DNA of 64,000 nt. Source: Candidatus Eiseniibacteriota bacterium (lineage in GTDB: Bacteria > Eisenbacteria > RBG-16-71-46 > CAVPCR01). The translations under genes were made by a program, and so were the position numbers. A model generated the notes under the pieces. That model made no database searches, was not told the origin of the DNA, and saw nothing but the letters and a program-made list of their open reading frames with translations. The DNA is taken from NCBI GenBank assembly GCA_963702435.1, contig CAVPCR010000003.1, positions 384,001-448,000 on the forward strand, in the 5' to 3' direction. Shown piece after piece: positions 1 through 12,834 of the stretch (position 1 is its first letter; every line of letters begins with the position of its first letter).

Positions 1-1
1 C

Positions 2-1027
2 GACATACCGACGAGCGAGAGCCATCGTCTGCGCGCCGCCGCCGAGTACGAGGGGAAGCGCTACGCCGCGGCGGTCCGGGCGCAGGCCCGCGCGATCGAG
101 CTCGCCCCCGGGCGCGCCGAACTCCACTTCGACCAGGGCCTCTACCTGACCGCCGCCGGCGACACGGCAGGCGCGATCGCCGCCTACCGGCGCGCGATCG
201 AGCTCGCCCCCGGATACGGCGAGCCGAAGGTGAACCTCGCCAATCTGCTGGTGCACGCCGGTGACTTCCGGAGCGCGGTCCGCCTCTACATCGAGGCCGC
301 CGTCGGCGATCCCGATCTCCTCCCCGCGCACATGGCGGTGGGGAGCGCCTTCCTGCACTCGGGGCATCCCGATTCAGCTCTCGCCCGCTTCGAGCACGTG
401 CTCGCCCGCGATCCCGCGCACGAGGAGGCCACGCTCGGCCGGATCGCGGCCCTCTCCGACCTCGGCCGCGGCGACGAGGCGGTCGCCGCCGGCCGCGCCG
501 CCACCGCGACCTTCGGCGACACGCCGGCGATCCTCGCCGCGCGCGGGCGCGCGCTCAAGGTGGCCGGCCGCAACACCGAGGCCGTTGCCGCACTCAAGGC
601 CGCACTCGCCGCCGGTCCGGAGCGCGCCGACACCTGGGTCACCCTCGGGCAGTGCTACCGCAATCTCGGACAGCTCGAGCAGGCGGAGGCGGCGCAGAAG
701 CAGGCCATCGCGCTTGCCCCGACCCTCGTGGCGGCCCATGTCAACCTGGCCGATGTCTACGCGCGGCGCGGCTTCCTGGACCAGGCGATCGAAGCGCTCG
801 AGCGCGCACTCGCCCTCGACCCGTTCAACGAGACGGCGATCTACAACATGGCGATCGTGCAGGCTCAACTCGGCGAGGAAGCCGTGGCGGCTGCGATGCT
901 CGAGCGGCTCCTCGAGGTGAATCCGCGCCACGAGCCGGCCCGGCGCGCGCTCGCCCACCTGACGGGGCATCCGGCGCCAACCCCGCCGGCCGCCGGCGGC
1001 GGCTCAGCGCCCGCTCACTCGCGATAG
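2..1027 (+). CDS. Tetratricopeptide-repeat protein, 5' partial
   Basis: Frame is open from base 2. Repeated TPR-like helices (AYRRAIELAP, ALERALALDP, HVNLADVY). Confidence 0.85.
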   Translation, partial: DIPTSESHRLRAAAEYEGKRYAAAVRAQARAIELAPGRAELHFDQGLYLTAAGDTAGAIAAYRRAIELAPGYGEPKVNLANLLVHAGDFRSAVRLYIEAAVGDPDLLPAHMAVGSAFLHSGHPDSALARFEHVLARDPAHEEATLGRIAALSDLGRGDEAVAAGRAATATFGDTPAILAARGRALKVAGRNTEAVAALKAALAAGPERADTWVTLGQCYRNLGQLEQAEAAQKQAIALAPTLVAAHVNLADVYARRGFLDQAIEALERALALDPFNETAIYNMAIVQAQLGEEAVAAAMLERLLEVNPRHEPARRALAHLTGHPAPTPPAAGGGSAPAHSR

Positions 1028-2043
1028 CGCTCGGGGATCGTGCACGTATAGACGTTGCCGTCGAGGATGAGCAGCATCCACTCGCCCTGGGGATGCCAGC
1101 GCAGGCCGGTCATCTGCGAGCCCGGCACGGCGGCCAGGATGCGCACGACGTTCTCCGGCTCGCTTGCGGGCTCGGTGATGAAGATGGCGTCGCGCAGGCC
1201 CGTGTCGCGGAGGCGCGAGCGGTACGCGAGATAGCGGCCGCTCGGCGACCAGGTCGGGAAGTCGTCGTCGGTGCCGTCGGCGTTCGAGAGCCCTCCCGGC
1301 AGCTCATCCGGCATCGATACGACGTCGGCGATGCGGTCGGGCGCGTTTCGCGGCAGGACGAAGATCCGGCGGCCCCGTGCTCCATCCACCGCCGAGTAGG
1401 CGATCTGCGTCCCGTCGGGCGAGAAGCGGGGATGCGCCGCGCCGGCGAGCCCGTCGCGCTCGACCCGGCTGTCCCCGGCGACCGGGTTCAGCATGCGGAG
1501 GGCATCGCGCCCCGTCTCGACATGGACCACCGCACCGCCGTCGGGGGCCCACGCCGGCTCGTAGCCGGTGACCCACGCCCGGGGTTCCGTCCCCGGCGAG
1601 AACACGTAAACCCAGTTCGCGTTCTCGCCGGCCAGCCGGCCGTCGAAAGCGACCTGCCCCCCCCGCGGCGACCAGTCCAGGTTGAAGATCGCGAGGCGGG
1701 CCTGGGCGAAGATCATGGACACCGGCGGAAAGCAGCGCAGGTCCTGGCACCCGGTGGTCACGCCGCCCGTGTAGAGGTAGTGCGAGGCGACATCGGTGGG
1801 CGCGCGCAACGCCACCGTGATGAAGGCGAACCGCGTCGGGCCGGCGGTCGTTTCGAGCCAGCTCACCGAGTTGGTCTCGAAGTCGTTGTCGCCTTCCGTG
1901 ATCACGAAGCCGGGCTCGGGCCCGAGATCGGGGTCCGGCGACTTGGTCGGAGCGGTGCACCCGGCGACGGCGAAGGACGCCGCCGTGCCGAGGAGAGCGA
2001 GCGCTCGCCCGCGCGCGCGGTGTTTCGGCGGTGCGGTCATCAT
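1015..2043 (-). CDS. TolB-like/PD40 beta-propeller lipoprotein, paralog 1
   Basis: Lipobox-like AVAGC. Repeated PD40-like motifs PAWAPDG, PRFSPDG, PTWSPSG. Start placed at MMTAPP. Confidence 0.75.
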   Translation of the reverse strand: MMTAPPKHRARGRALALLGTAASFAVAGCTAPTKSPDPDLGPEPGFVITEGDNDFETNSVSWLETTAGPTRFAFITVALRAPTDVASHYLYTGGVTTGCQDLRCFPPVSMIFAQARLAIFNLDWSPRGGQVAFDGRLAGENANWVYVFSPGTEPRAWVTGYEPAWAPDGGAVVHVETGRDALRMLNPVAGDSRVERDGLAGAAHPRFSPDGTQIAYSAVDGARGRRIFVLPRNAPDRIADVVSMPDELPGGLSNADGTDDDFPTWSPSGRYLAYRSRLRDTGLRDAIFITEPASEPENVVRILAAVPGSQMTGLRWHPQGEWMLLILDGNVYTCTIPERYRE

Positions 2044-2092
2044 CTCGCTGCCTCCGGCCCCGCCAGCTGCCGGCGGCGCCGCCTCCTCCCGG

Positions 2093-3139
2093 CTAGTAAC
2101 TCCGGAACGGCTCGGGCATCGGATAGGCGTACACATTTCCATCGATGACCACGAGCAGGTACTCCCCGCGCCAGCGGAGCCCCGTCATCTCGCGGCCGGG
2201 ATCGATGGCGACCACGCGCACCGGATTCTCGGGCTCCTGGTGCGGATTGGTGACGAAGACGGCGTGGCGGATCGTGTTCTCGCGGATCTTGCTGCGATAG
2301 GCCAGGTACCGACCGCCCGGGGACCACACGGGGTAATCGTCATCGCTGCCGTCTCCGCCCTGCCCGCCCGGGAGCACGTCGGGATGCGACGCGATGTCCG
2401 CGAGGAGCGTCGGGTCGCTGCGGTCGTGCACGAAGATCCGCTGCCCGCGCTGGCCGTCCTGCGCCGAGTAGGCGATGAAGGCGCCGTCCGGCGAGACGGC
2501 CGGATGCGCGACCCCCGTCATTCCCGAGCGTTCGACGAACCCGCCGCCGCTCGACGGATTGAGCGAGCGGATCCCGTCCCGCCCGTTCTCGACGTAGATG
2601 ACGAGCCCCGCGTTCGGAGTGAAGACCGGCTCGTATCCGGTCACCCAGCGGCGCGCCGTGCCGCCGGGCGCGAGCGTGTAGATCCAGGTGGCGTCGCGCG
2701 CCCGGTTCCCCTGGAACGCGGCGAAGGATCCGCGCGGCGACCAGGTCACCTCGGAGATCGAGAGCCCCGGCTCGACGAAGACCTGCTGGGATTGGGGAAA
2801 GCAATCGTCGTCATTGCAGCGCGTCGTGAAGCTCGCGCTGTAGAGATAGTGCGACGGCCCGTCGGTCGGGGCGCCCCGGGCCACCGCGATGAAGGCGAAG
2901 CGGCCGAGCCCGCTCGTCGAATCCTCCCAGCTCACCGAGTTGGTGTCCCACTCGTCGTCCCCCTCGACGAGGAGGAAACCGTTCTCGGCATCCGGATCGG
3001 GCGCGGAGGGGTTATCACCGGAGCCGCACCCGGCGGCGACCAGGACACCGAGGATGATCGGCGCCAGGAAGTGGCGGCGTGGGCGGCGGGAAGGAGCGGC
3101 CCCGGGCCGCGGCGAATCGAGCGTCCGTTCCATGTCCAT
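2093..3139 (-). CDS. TolB-like/PD40 beta-propeller lipoprotein, paralog 2
   Basis: C-terminal part of ORF 2093..5104. Lipobox VAAGC, motifs PAVSPDG and PVWSPGG, colinear with paralog 1. Confidence 0.75.
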   Translation of the reverse strand: MDMERTLDSPRPGAAPSRRPRRHFLAPIILGVLVAAGCGSGDNPSAPDPDAENGFLLVEGDDEWDTNSVSWEDSTSGLGRFAFIAVARGAPTDGPSHYLYSASFTTRCNDDDCFPQSQQVFVEPGLSISEVTWSPRGSFAAFQGNRARDATWIYTLAPGGTARRWVTGYEPVFTPNAGLVIYVENGRDGIRSLNPSSGGGFVERSGMTGVAHPAVSPDGAFIAYSAQDGQRGQRIFVHDRSDPTLLADIASHPDVLPGGQGGDGSDDDYPVWSPGGRYLAYRSKIRENTIRHAVFVTNPHQEPENPVRVVAIDPGREMTGLRWRGEYLLVVIDGNVYAYPMPEPFRSY

Positions 3140-3360
3140 CAGAGCGTAGAACCCTCCACGGCAGGTGAGCCGCCGGAACCGGCCGGCGGCGATCGCTAAC
3201 CCGGCGCCATCGCGGCGGGCGCCAGCCGGCGCCCCGGCGGGGCCGCCGCCGGCGGACTCCCCCCTGCTTCCTACCATGCGAATACGGAAAACGTTGCGCC
3301 TGATCGACGGGGCCACCCTCGGCGGGACCACCCTCGGCGGGGCTCCGCCTGCGGCGGGCC

Positions 3361-6300
3361 TCACATGGCGCGCCGGTACTCCCCGCCGACCTCGTAGAGG
3401 GCATGGGTGATCTGACCGAGCGAGGCCACGCGCACCGTCTGCATGAGCTCGGCGAAGACATTCCCGCGCGCCGCCGCCACCGTCCGGAGGCGCTCGAGCG
3501 CAGCCGGCGCCGCCGCGGCGTGCGCCGCCTGGAAGGCGCGGAGGCGGGAGATCTGTCCGTCCTTCTCCTCGGTGGTCGCCCGGGTCAGGGCCGGCACGGA
3601 GAGCTCGCCGCGGAGCGCCGGATCCTGGTGCACGAACGTGTTCACGCCGACGATCGGGAGCTCTCCGGAGTGCTTCCGCTGCTCGTAGAGGAGCGACTCC
3701 TCCTGGATCTTCGAGCGCTGGTACTGGGTCTCCATGGCGCCGAGCACGCCGCCCCGCTCGTTCAACCGCTCGAACTCGGCGAGCACCGCCTCCTCGACCA
3801 GATCGGTGAGCTCCTCGAGGATGTAACTGCCCTGGTTCGGGTTCTCGTTCTTGGCGATCCCGAACTCGCGGGCGATGATCATCTGGATCGCCATCGCCCG
3901 TCGCACCGAGTCCTCGGTCGGGGTGGTGACCGCCTCGTCGTAGGCGTTCGTGTGCAGCGAGTTGCAGCTGTCCTGATAGGCGATGAGCGCCTGGAGCGTG
4001 GTCCGGATGTCGTTGAACTGCACTTCCTGCGCGTGTAGCGAGCGCCCGCTCGTCTGGATGTGGTACTTGAGCTGCTGGCCGCGGGCCCCGGCGCCGTAGC
4101 GCTCGTGCATCGCCACCGCCCAGATCCGCCGCGCCACCCGCCCGAGCACCGTGTACTCGGCGTCGAGCCCGTTCGAGAAGAAGAAGGACAGGTTCGGGGC
4201 GAAGTCGTCGATCTTCATCCCGCGCGCCAGGAAGTACTCGACGTAGGTGAATCCGTTGGCGAGGGTCAGCGCGAGCTGGGTGATCGGATTGGCGCCGGCC
4301 TCCGCGATGTGATAGCCGGAGATCGAGATCGAGTAGTAGTTGCGGACCCCGTTCTCGACGAAGAACCGCTGCACGTCGCCCATCATCTTGAGGGCGAACT
4401 CGATCGAGAAGATGCAGGTGTTCTGCGCCTGGTCCTCCTTGAGGATGTCGGCCTGCACGGTTCCCCGCACGTTCTTGAGCGTGTGGGTGACGATCCGCTC
4501 GCGCTCGGACTCGTCCGGCTCCCGCCCCGACTCGCCGCGGAATCGCTCGACCTGCTGCTCGATGGCCGTGTTGAAGAAGAACGCAAGCATCATCGGCGCC
4601 GGCCCGTTGATCGTCATCGACACCGAGGTGTTGGGGTCGAGGAGATCGAACCCGGCATAGAGCGCCTTCATGTCCTCGAGCGTGGCGATCGAGACTCCGC
4701 TCTCGCCGATCTTCCCGTAGATGTCCGGACGCTCGTGCGGGTCCTGGCCGTAGAGGGTCACCGAGTCGAAGGCGGTCGACAGCCGCCGCGCCTTGTGCCC
4801 GCGGCAGAGGTAGTGGAAGCGCCGGTTGGTGCGCTCCGGCGACCCCTCCCCCGCGAACATGCGGATCGGGTCCTCGTCCTGCCGGCGGAAGGGGAATGCC
4901 CCGGCGGTGAACGGGAAGTGCCCGGGCAGGTTCTCGCGGAGGAGGAAGCGGACGATCGCGCCGTCGTCGCCGCCGCGCGGGAGGGCGACCTTGGGGATCG
5001 GCGTGCCGGCGAGGCTGCGCGCCCTGAGCGGCGTGTGCACCTCCCGGTCCCGGACCCGATACACGAACTCCTCGCCGCCGTACTCGGCCTCGATCTCGGG
5101 CCACGCCTCGAGGAGCACGCGCGCGCGCTCCTCGAGCTCGACGCTCGCCGCCGCGCCGAGCTCGGCGAGGCGGGCCGCGCCGGCCTCGTCACCGTGCGCG
5201 CGGAGGACCTCCGCCGCGGTCGCGAGCGCCTGCCGCCGCCGCGCGATCGCGACCTGTCGCTCGACCCGCTGGTGATACGCGCGGACGGTGGCCGCGATCT
5301 CCCCCAGGTAGCGGCTCCGCTCGGGCGGCACCACCGCGTGCTTCCAGTCGGCGTCGAAGCGCGGCGTCCACAGGGCGCCCGGCGCGAGGCCCGGGAATCC
5401 GCGCCCGGCGAGCCGGGCGAGGAGCGCCCCATAGAGCGCGTTGACCCCCGGATCGTGGAAGTGGCTCGCGATCGTCGGGTAGACCGGGAGCTCCTCGTCC
5501 CGCGGCGTCGCGCCGCCGAGACCGTGTGCCCGGCGGTACTGCTTGCGCACGTCGCGGAGCGCGTCGTCGCTCCCCCGTCGCTCGAACTTGTTGATCACGA
5601 TCATGTCGGCGAGGTCGATCATGTCGATCTTCTCGAGCTGGGTGGGCGCCCCGAACTCCGAGGTCATCACGTAGAGCGAGAGGGTCGCGATGTCGACGAT
5701 CGCCGCGTCCCCCTGCCCGATCCCCGAGGTCTCGACCACGATCAGATCGTAGCCGGCGCCGCGCGCCACCTGGAGGGCATCGGCGACCGCGGTCGAGAGC
5801 TCGGTGCCGGAGCCGCGCGTGGCGAAGCTCCGCATGTAGACCCGCGGCGTGCGCAGCGCGTTCATGCGGATGCGATCGCCGAGGAGCGCCCCGCCCGACT
5901 TCCGCTTCGAAGGATCGACGGCGAAGACGGCGACCGTCTGCTCCGGGAAGTCGATCAGGAAACGGCGGATGAGCTCGTCGGTGAGCGAGCTCTTGCCGGC
6001 CCCGCCGGTGCCGGTGATGCCGACGACCGGCACCCCGCGATCGAGGGGCGCGGCGAAGCGGAGCCCGGCGAGCGCCTCGTGCCCGTTCGCGCCGCTCCGG
6101 CCCGCCGCTCCGGTCGCGGCCATGGCGGGCATCCCCATCTCGACGCGGGTGATCGCCCGCGCCACGAGGGGCGGCGCCTGCCAGCCGATGGTGGCGCCGT
6201 CAAGCGGAGCGCGCTCCAGGGTGGAGAAATCCGCGTGCTCGAGCAGATAGTTGATCATGCCCTGGAGGCCCATCCGGCGGCCATCCTCGGGGCTGAAGAT

Positions 6301-6660
6301 CTTGACGACGCCGTAAGACTCGAGTTCCCGGATCTCGTCCGGGACGATGACGCCCCCGCCGCCGCCGAAGACGCGAATGTGCGGCGCGCCCTTGGCCTTG
6401 AGCAGATCGCAGACGTACTTGAAGAACTCGAGGTGCCCGCCCTGGTAGCTCGTGATGGCGATGCCCTGGGCGTCCTCCTGGATCGCGGCGTCCACGATCT
6501 CCTCGGCGGAGCGATTGTGCCCGAGGTGGATGACCTCGGCGCCGGACGCCTGGATCAGCCGGCGCATGACGTTGATGGCGGCGTCGTGGCCGTCGAAGAG
6601 GGCGGCGGCCGAGACGATGCGGATCTTGTGCTGCGGGCGATAGGCTTCGATTGCGCTCAT
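3361..6660 (-). CDS. icmF: Fused isobutyryl-CoA mutase/GTPase IcmF (B12-dependent)
   Basis: N-terminal B12-binding DGHDA motif, MeaB-type GTPase ([21 protein letters not shown]) and mutase barrel ([27 protein letters not shown]). 1099 aa. Confidence 0.93.
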   Translation of the reverse strand: MSAIEAYRPQHKIRIVSAAALFDGHDAAINVMRRLIQASGAEVIHLGHNRSAEEIVDAAIQEDAQGIAITSYQGGHLEFFKYVCDLLKAKGAPHIRVFGGGGGVIVPDEIRELESYGVVKIFSPEDGRRMGLQGMINYLLEHADFSTLERAPLDGATIGWQAPPLVARAITRVEMGMPAMAATGAAGRSGANGHEALAGLRFAAPLDRGVPVVGITGTGGAGKSSLTDELIRRFLIDFPEQTVAVFAVDPSKRKSGGALLGDRIRMNALRTPRVYMRSFATRGSGTELSTAVADALQVARGAGYDLIVVETSGIGQGDAAIVDIATLSLYVMTSEFGAPTQLEKIDMIDLADMIVINKFERRGSDDALRDVRKQYRRAHGLGGATPRDEELPVYPTIASHFHDPGVNALYGALLARLAGRGFPGLAPGALWTPRFDADWKHAVVPPERSRYLGEIAATVRAYHQRVERQVAIARRRQALATAAEVLRAHGDEAGAARLAELGAAASVELEERARVLLEAWPEIEAEYGGEEFVYRVRDREVHTPLRARSLAGTPIPKVALPRGGDDGAIVRFLLRENLPGHFPFTAGAFPFRRQDEDPIRMFAGEGSPERTNRRFHYLCRGHKARRLSTAFDSVTLYGQDPHERPDIYGKIGESGVSIATLEDMKALYAGFDLLDPNTSVSMTINGPAPMMLAFFFNTAIEQQVERFRGESGREPDESERERIVTHTLKNVRGTVQADILKEDQAQNTCIFSIEFALKMMGDVQRFFVENGVRNYYSISISGYHIAEAGANPITQLALTLANGFTYVEYFLARGMKIDDFAPNLSFFFSNGLDAEYTVLGRVARRIWAVAMHERYGAGARGQQLKYHIQTSGRSLHAQEVQFNDIRTTLQALIAYQDSCNSLHTNAYDEAVTTPTEDSVRRAMAIQMIIAREFGIAKNENPNQGSYILEELTDLVEEAVLAEFERLNERGGVLGAMETQYQRSKIQEESLLYEQRKHSGELPIVGVNTFVHQDPALRGELSVPALTRATTEEKDGQISRLRAFQAAHAAAAPAALERLRTVAAARGNVFAELMQTVRVASLGQITHALYEVGGEYRRAM

Positions 6661-6872
6661 CGTGTCTCGCGGTCTCTCGTCTCGCCGTGGCTCGCGGCAG
6701 GATGGCCGGACGAGGCTCCCCGCCGCCGCGGCGCCGGCACCGGGGCCTCACGAGCGCCGCCATGATATCCCGAGCGGCGCCGGGCGGGGGCGCGGAACGG
6801 GTCGCGCGGCGGGCCCCGCCGTCGCCCGCCTCTCTGCCCAAACTTTGTACACGGCTCTGCTTAACTTTTCCT

Positions 6873-6926
6873 TTGACGACCCCCAACATATGGGGCTATA
6901 CCTTCCGGCACCCTCTAGATATGGAC
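6873..6926 (+). promoter_or_regulatory. nrdJ promoter with two NrdR-box-like sites
   Basis: TTGACG (6873-6878), 18 bp, TATACC. Boxes CCCCAACATATGGGG (6881-6895) and CCTCTAGATATGGAC (6912-6926) are offset by 31 bp. Confidence 0.7.
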
Positions 6927-7225
6927 TCCACAGACGTATAGTGCAGTCCGGCAGACCCGAGCACGATGGACCCGCAGTCGCCGTCCTCGGGCCTGCCCTG
7001 AGGGGTGGCGGCGGTCCGGAGGCTCTCTCTCCCCCACTCGCCCCACGGTGCCCCACCGGGCGGTTGGGTCAACTTGCTGATCTCCCCTGGTCCAGCCGAA
7101 GGCTCCCGGAGGCCGCCACGCAGCTCGATCCTGACCACCGGTCGTTCTCATTTGCAGTTCGGGAGCGATTCACCATCTCTCGCACTCGGGCCCCCGCCCC
7201 CGTGGGGCCACCGGAGGGTGTCGCC

Positions 7226-10620
<3,395 letters not shown>

Positions 10621-10648
10621 CGGCGGGCCTGTCTCGCCCGATCCGAGC

Positions 10649-10683
10649 GAGGCCCGGAGCGGCAGCCGCTGCTCCGGGCCTTC
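10649..10683 (+). terminator. GC-rich hairpin after nrdJ
   Basis: GGCCCGGAGCGGC-loop-GCTGCTCCGGGCC inverted repeat with a weak T tail. Confidence 0.5.
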
Positions 10684-10905
10684 TCGCTGCCCGGAACCGC
10701 CCGGCCCGAGCGCCCGCCCCGCCACCGCCGGCGCCGGGGCGTCCACTCCCCGGGCCCGGTCCCCCGGCGCGTCGGGCCCCGCACCTCTCCGGCCGGACGC
10801 CCCCGGCTCCGGGCCCGAGCGGCCGCACCCATCAACAGAAGAACCGGGAGCGGGCGCCGCGGTTCGCGCTCGCCGCGGACGCCGACCGTGTTATGCTGCA
10901 GGCCA

Positions 10906-11946
10906 ATGGCTCGCCCGACGCGACGATACGGACCCCGCCGGCCGGGGGCGCTCAGGGAAGCGGCAGAGTTCGGGGAGGCAGCCTACCTCGTCGATGCCAA
11001 CAACTACATCTTCCGCGCTTTCCATGGCATTCCCGCCTTCGCGACCGACGCCGGACGTCCCACCAACGCCACCTACGGCTTCATCCGCACCCTGCTCATG
11101 CTCGCCCGCGAGCGGCACCCGACCTGGGCGGCCGCCGTCTTCGACGGCGGGGTGAGCTTCCGCAGCGAGCTCCTTCCGACCTACAAGCAGAACCGGGTCG
11201 AGCCGCCGGCCGAGCTCGCCCTCCAGTTCGCCGACTGCCGGCGAGCGGCCCAGGCCATCGGGTTCCCCTGCCTCGAGGCGGCCGGCTACGAGGCGGACGA
11301 CCTGATGGGCACGCTCGCCATCCGCCTCCGCGATCAGGGGAACCGGGTGGTGCTTGTGAGCGGGGATAAGGACCTCGCCCAGCTCGTCGGTGAGGGCATC
11401 ACCCTCTACGACGTGGCGCGGGACGAGGAGTTCTCGGTCGAGAAGGTGGTCGAGCGCTTCGGGGTGCGCCCCCAGCAGATCCCGGATCTCCTCGCCCTGT
11501 CGGGCGACGCGATCGACAACATCCCCGGCATCCACGGGATCGGCGAGAAAACGGCGGTCGTGCTGCTCAAGGCCTTCGGATCGCTGGAGGCGATTCTCGA
11601 TCGCCCCGAGCGGATCGAGAGCCTGGCGCTCCGCAACGCGCGCGGGATCAAGGAGAAGATCGTGGCCGCGCGCGATGGGGCTCGCCTCGCCCGCGAGCTC
11701 GCGTCGATCGCGCGGGACGTGCCTTTCCACCTGGATCTCGAGGCCCTGCGCTACCGCGGAGCGCACCGCGATCAGGTCGAGGCGCTCTTCGCAGAGCTCC
11801 ACTTCGGCGCCCGCATTCGCGGCGAGATTCCGAGCTGGGCCGACGAACAGGGCCCCCTCTTCGCCGGGATGGAGGACGAGACCGAGGAAGGAGAGGAGCG
11901 CGAGTCCGGACCGCGGGACGCCGGGCCTCAGAAGAGCCTCTTCTGA
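10906..11946 (+). CDS. Stand-alone 5'-3' exonuclease (Pol I N-terminal/FEN-like)
   Basis: LVDANNYIFRAFH, YKQNR, EADD, SGDKD and H3TH motif GDAIDNIPGIHGIGEKTA. No polymerase domain. Start uncertain. Confidence 0.88.
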   Translation: MARPTRRYGPRRPGALREAAEFGEAAYLVDANNYIFRAFHGIPAFATDAGRPTNATYGFIRTLLMLARERHPTWAAAVFDGGVSFRSELLPTYKQNRVEPPAELALQFADCRRAAQAIGFPCLEAAGYEADDLMGTLAIRLRDQGNRVVLVSGDKDLAQLVGEGITLYDVARDEEFSVEKVVERFGVRPQQIPDLLALSGDAIDNIPGIHGIGEKTAVVLLKAFGSLEAILDRPERIESLALRNARGIKEKIVAARDGARLARELASIARDVPFHLDLEALRYRGAHRDQVEALFAELHFGARIRGEIPSWADEQGPLFAGMEDETEEGEERESGPRDAGPQKSLF

Positions 11947-12491
11947 TGCGACCGGCGCCCTCGCCCGGCGACCCGCAAGAGCCTCTCGGCGGAGAATCAG
12001 CCCAGGTCCCGCGCCGGATCCTCTTCGTCTGCCTCGGGAACCTGATCCGCAGTCCCCTGGCGGCCACCCTCGCCCGGGATCTCCTCGTGGCCCGCGGACT
12101 CGGACATCGCTTCCAGATCCGCTCGGCCGGAGTCATCGCTCAAGGTGGGCACGTCGCCCCCGGCGCAGCGATCCGGACGGGGGCTCGGCACGGCCTGGAC
12201 CTCCGCCCGCATCTCTCGGCCCCGCTCTCCCGCGAGCTGATCCTCGCCTCGAATCTCGTGGTCGCCGTTGATCGGATGGTGGCCGAGAGCATTCTCGAAC
12301 TCGTTCCCGATCTCGGGCCGCGCCTTCGCCTCCTGACCCAGTTCGCCCCGCGCCTCGGCGTTTTCGACGTGCCCGATCCCATCGGCCGGCCGGATGAGGT
12401 CTATGAAGAGGCCTACAGGCGCATCGAGGCCGGCGTGACCGGCCTCGTCGAGGCTCTGACCCGGGAGGCGGACACCGGGGGATCCCGGTAG
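11946..12491 (+). CDS. Low-molecular-weight protein phosphatase family
   Basis: ILFVCLGNLIRSP (CX5R loop), SAG and DVPDP. TGATG overlap with the upstream gene. Confidence 0.85.
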   Translation: MRPAPSPGDPQEPLGGESAQVPRRILFVCLGNLIRSPLAATLARDLLVARGLGHRFQIRSAGVIAQGGHVAPGAAIRTGARHGLDLRPHLSAPLSRELILASNLVVAVDRMVAESILELVPDLGPRLRLLTQFAPRLGVFDVPDPIGRPDEVYEEAYRRIEAGVTGLVEALTREADTGGSR

Positions 12492-12636
12492 CCGGCGGGG
12501 AGCCGACTCGCGACCCGCATCGCCCCCACGGGCCCACGCCACCCCCCTTCCACCAGGGCGGAAGCAGCTCCCGGTCCTGGCTCCCGGCCGGATGCCCCTG
12601 AACATCTCTGGACTGTCTCCAACCCCTTGATTTTCA

Positions 12637-12665
12637 TTGACTTTCGCGCCTCATCGTGTTAGTGT
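12637..12665 (+). promoter_or_regulatory. Sigma70-type promoter
   Basis: TTGACT, 17 bp, TAGTGT with an extended -10 TG. Confidence 0.6.
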
Positions 12666-12677
12666 CTCTGTATCAGT

Positions 12678-12772
12678 GAGGCAAATCCTCCCGAGGGAGG
12701 AGATGGCCGGTGGCGGCGCAGACCAGGTGACGCCACTAGCGCAAGCATCGTGCGTCGGCCCCCTGGTGCCTC
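12678..12772 (+). ncRNA. Candidate structured cis-regulatory leader RNA, family unassigned
   Basis: Nested stems GAGGCA/TGCCTC, TCCTCC/GGAGGA, GGCCG/CGGCC and GTGGCG/CGCCAC. Loop ACCAGG is complementary to CCTGGT. Confidence 0.5.
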
Positions 12773-12834
12773 TAAGCAACCATGTTTCCGTGGAGACCGT
12801 GGGTCGCGACCCTGGTCCCCTGGAGGAGCCAATC

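Noticed and set aside
7160..7220. Cobalamin riboswitch upstream of nrdJ
   Set aside because: GCCCCCGCC and GCCACCG are only loosely similar. The GGGAA/GGTG core and the terminal AGYCAGRAGACC element are not found.
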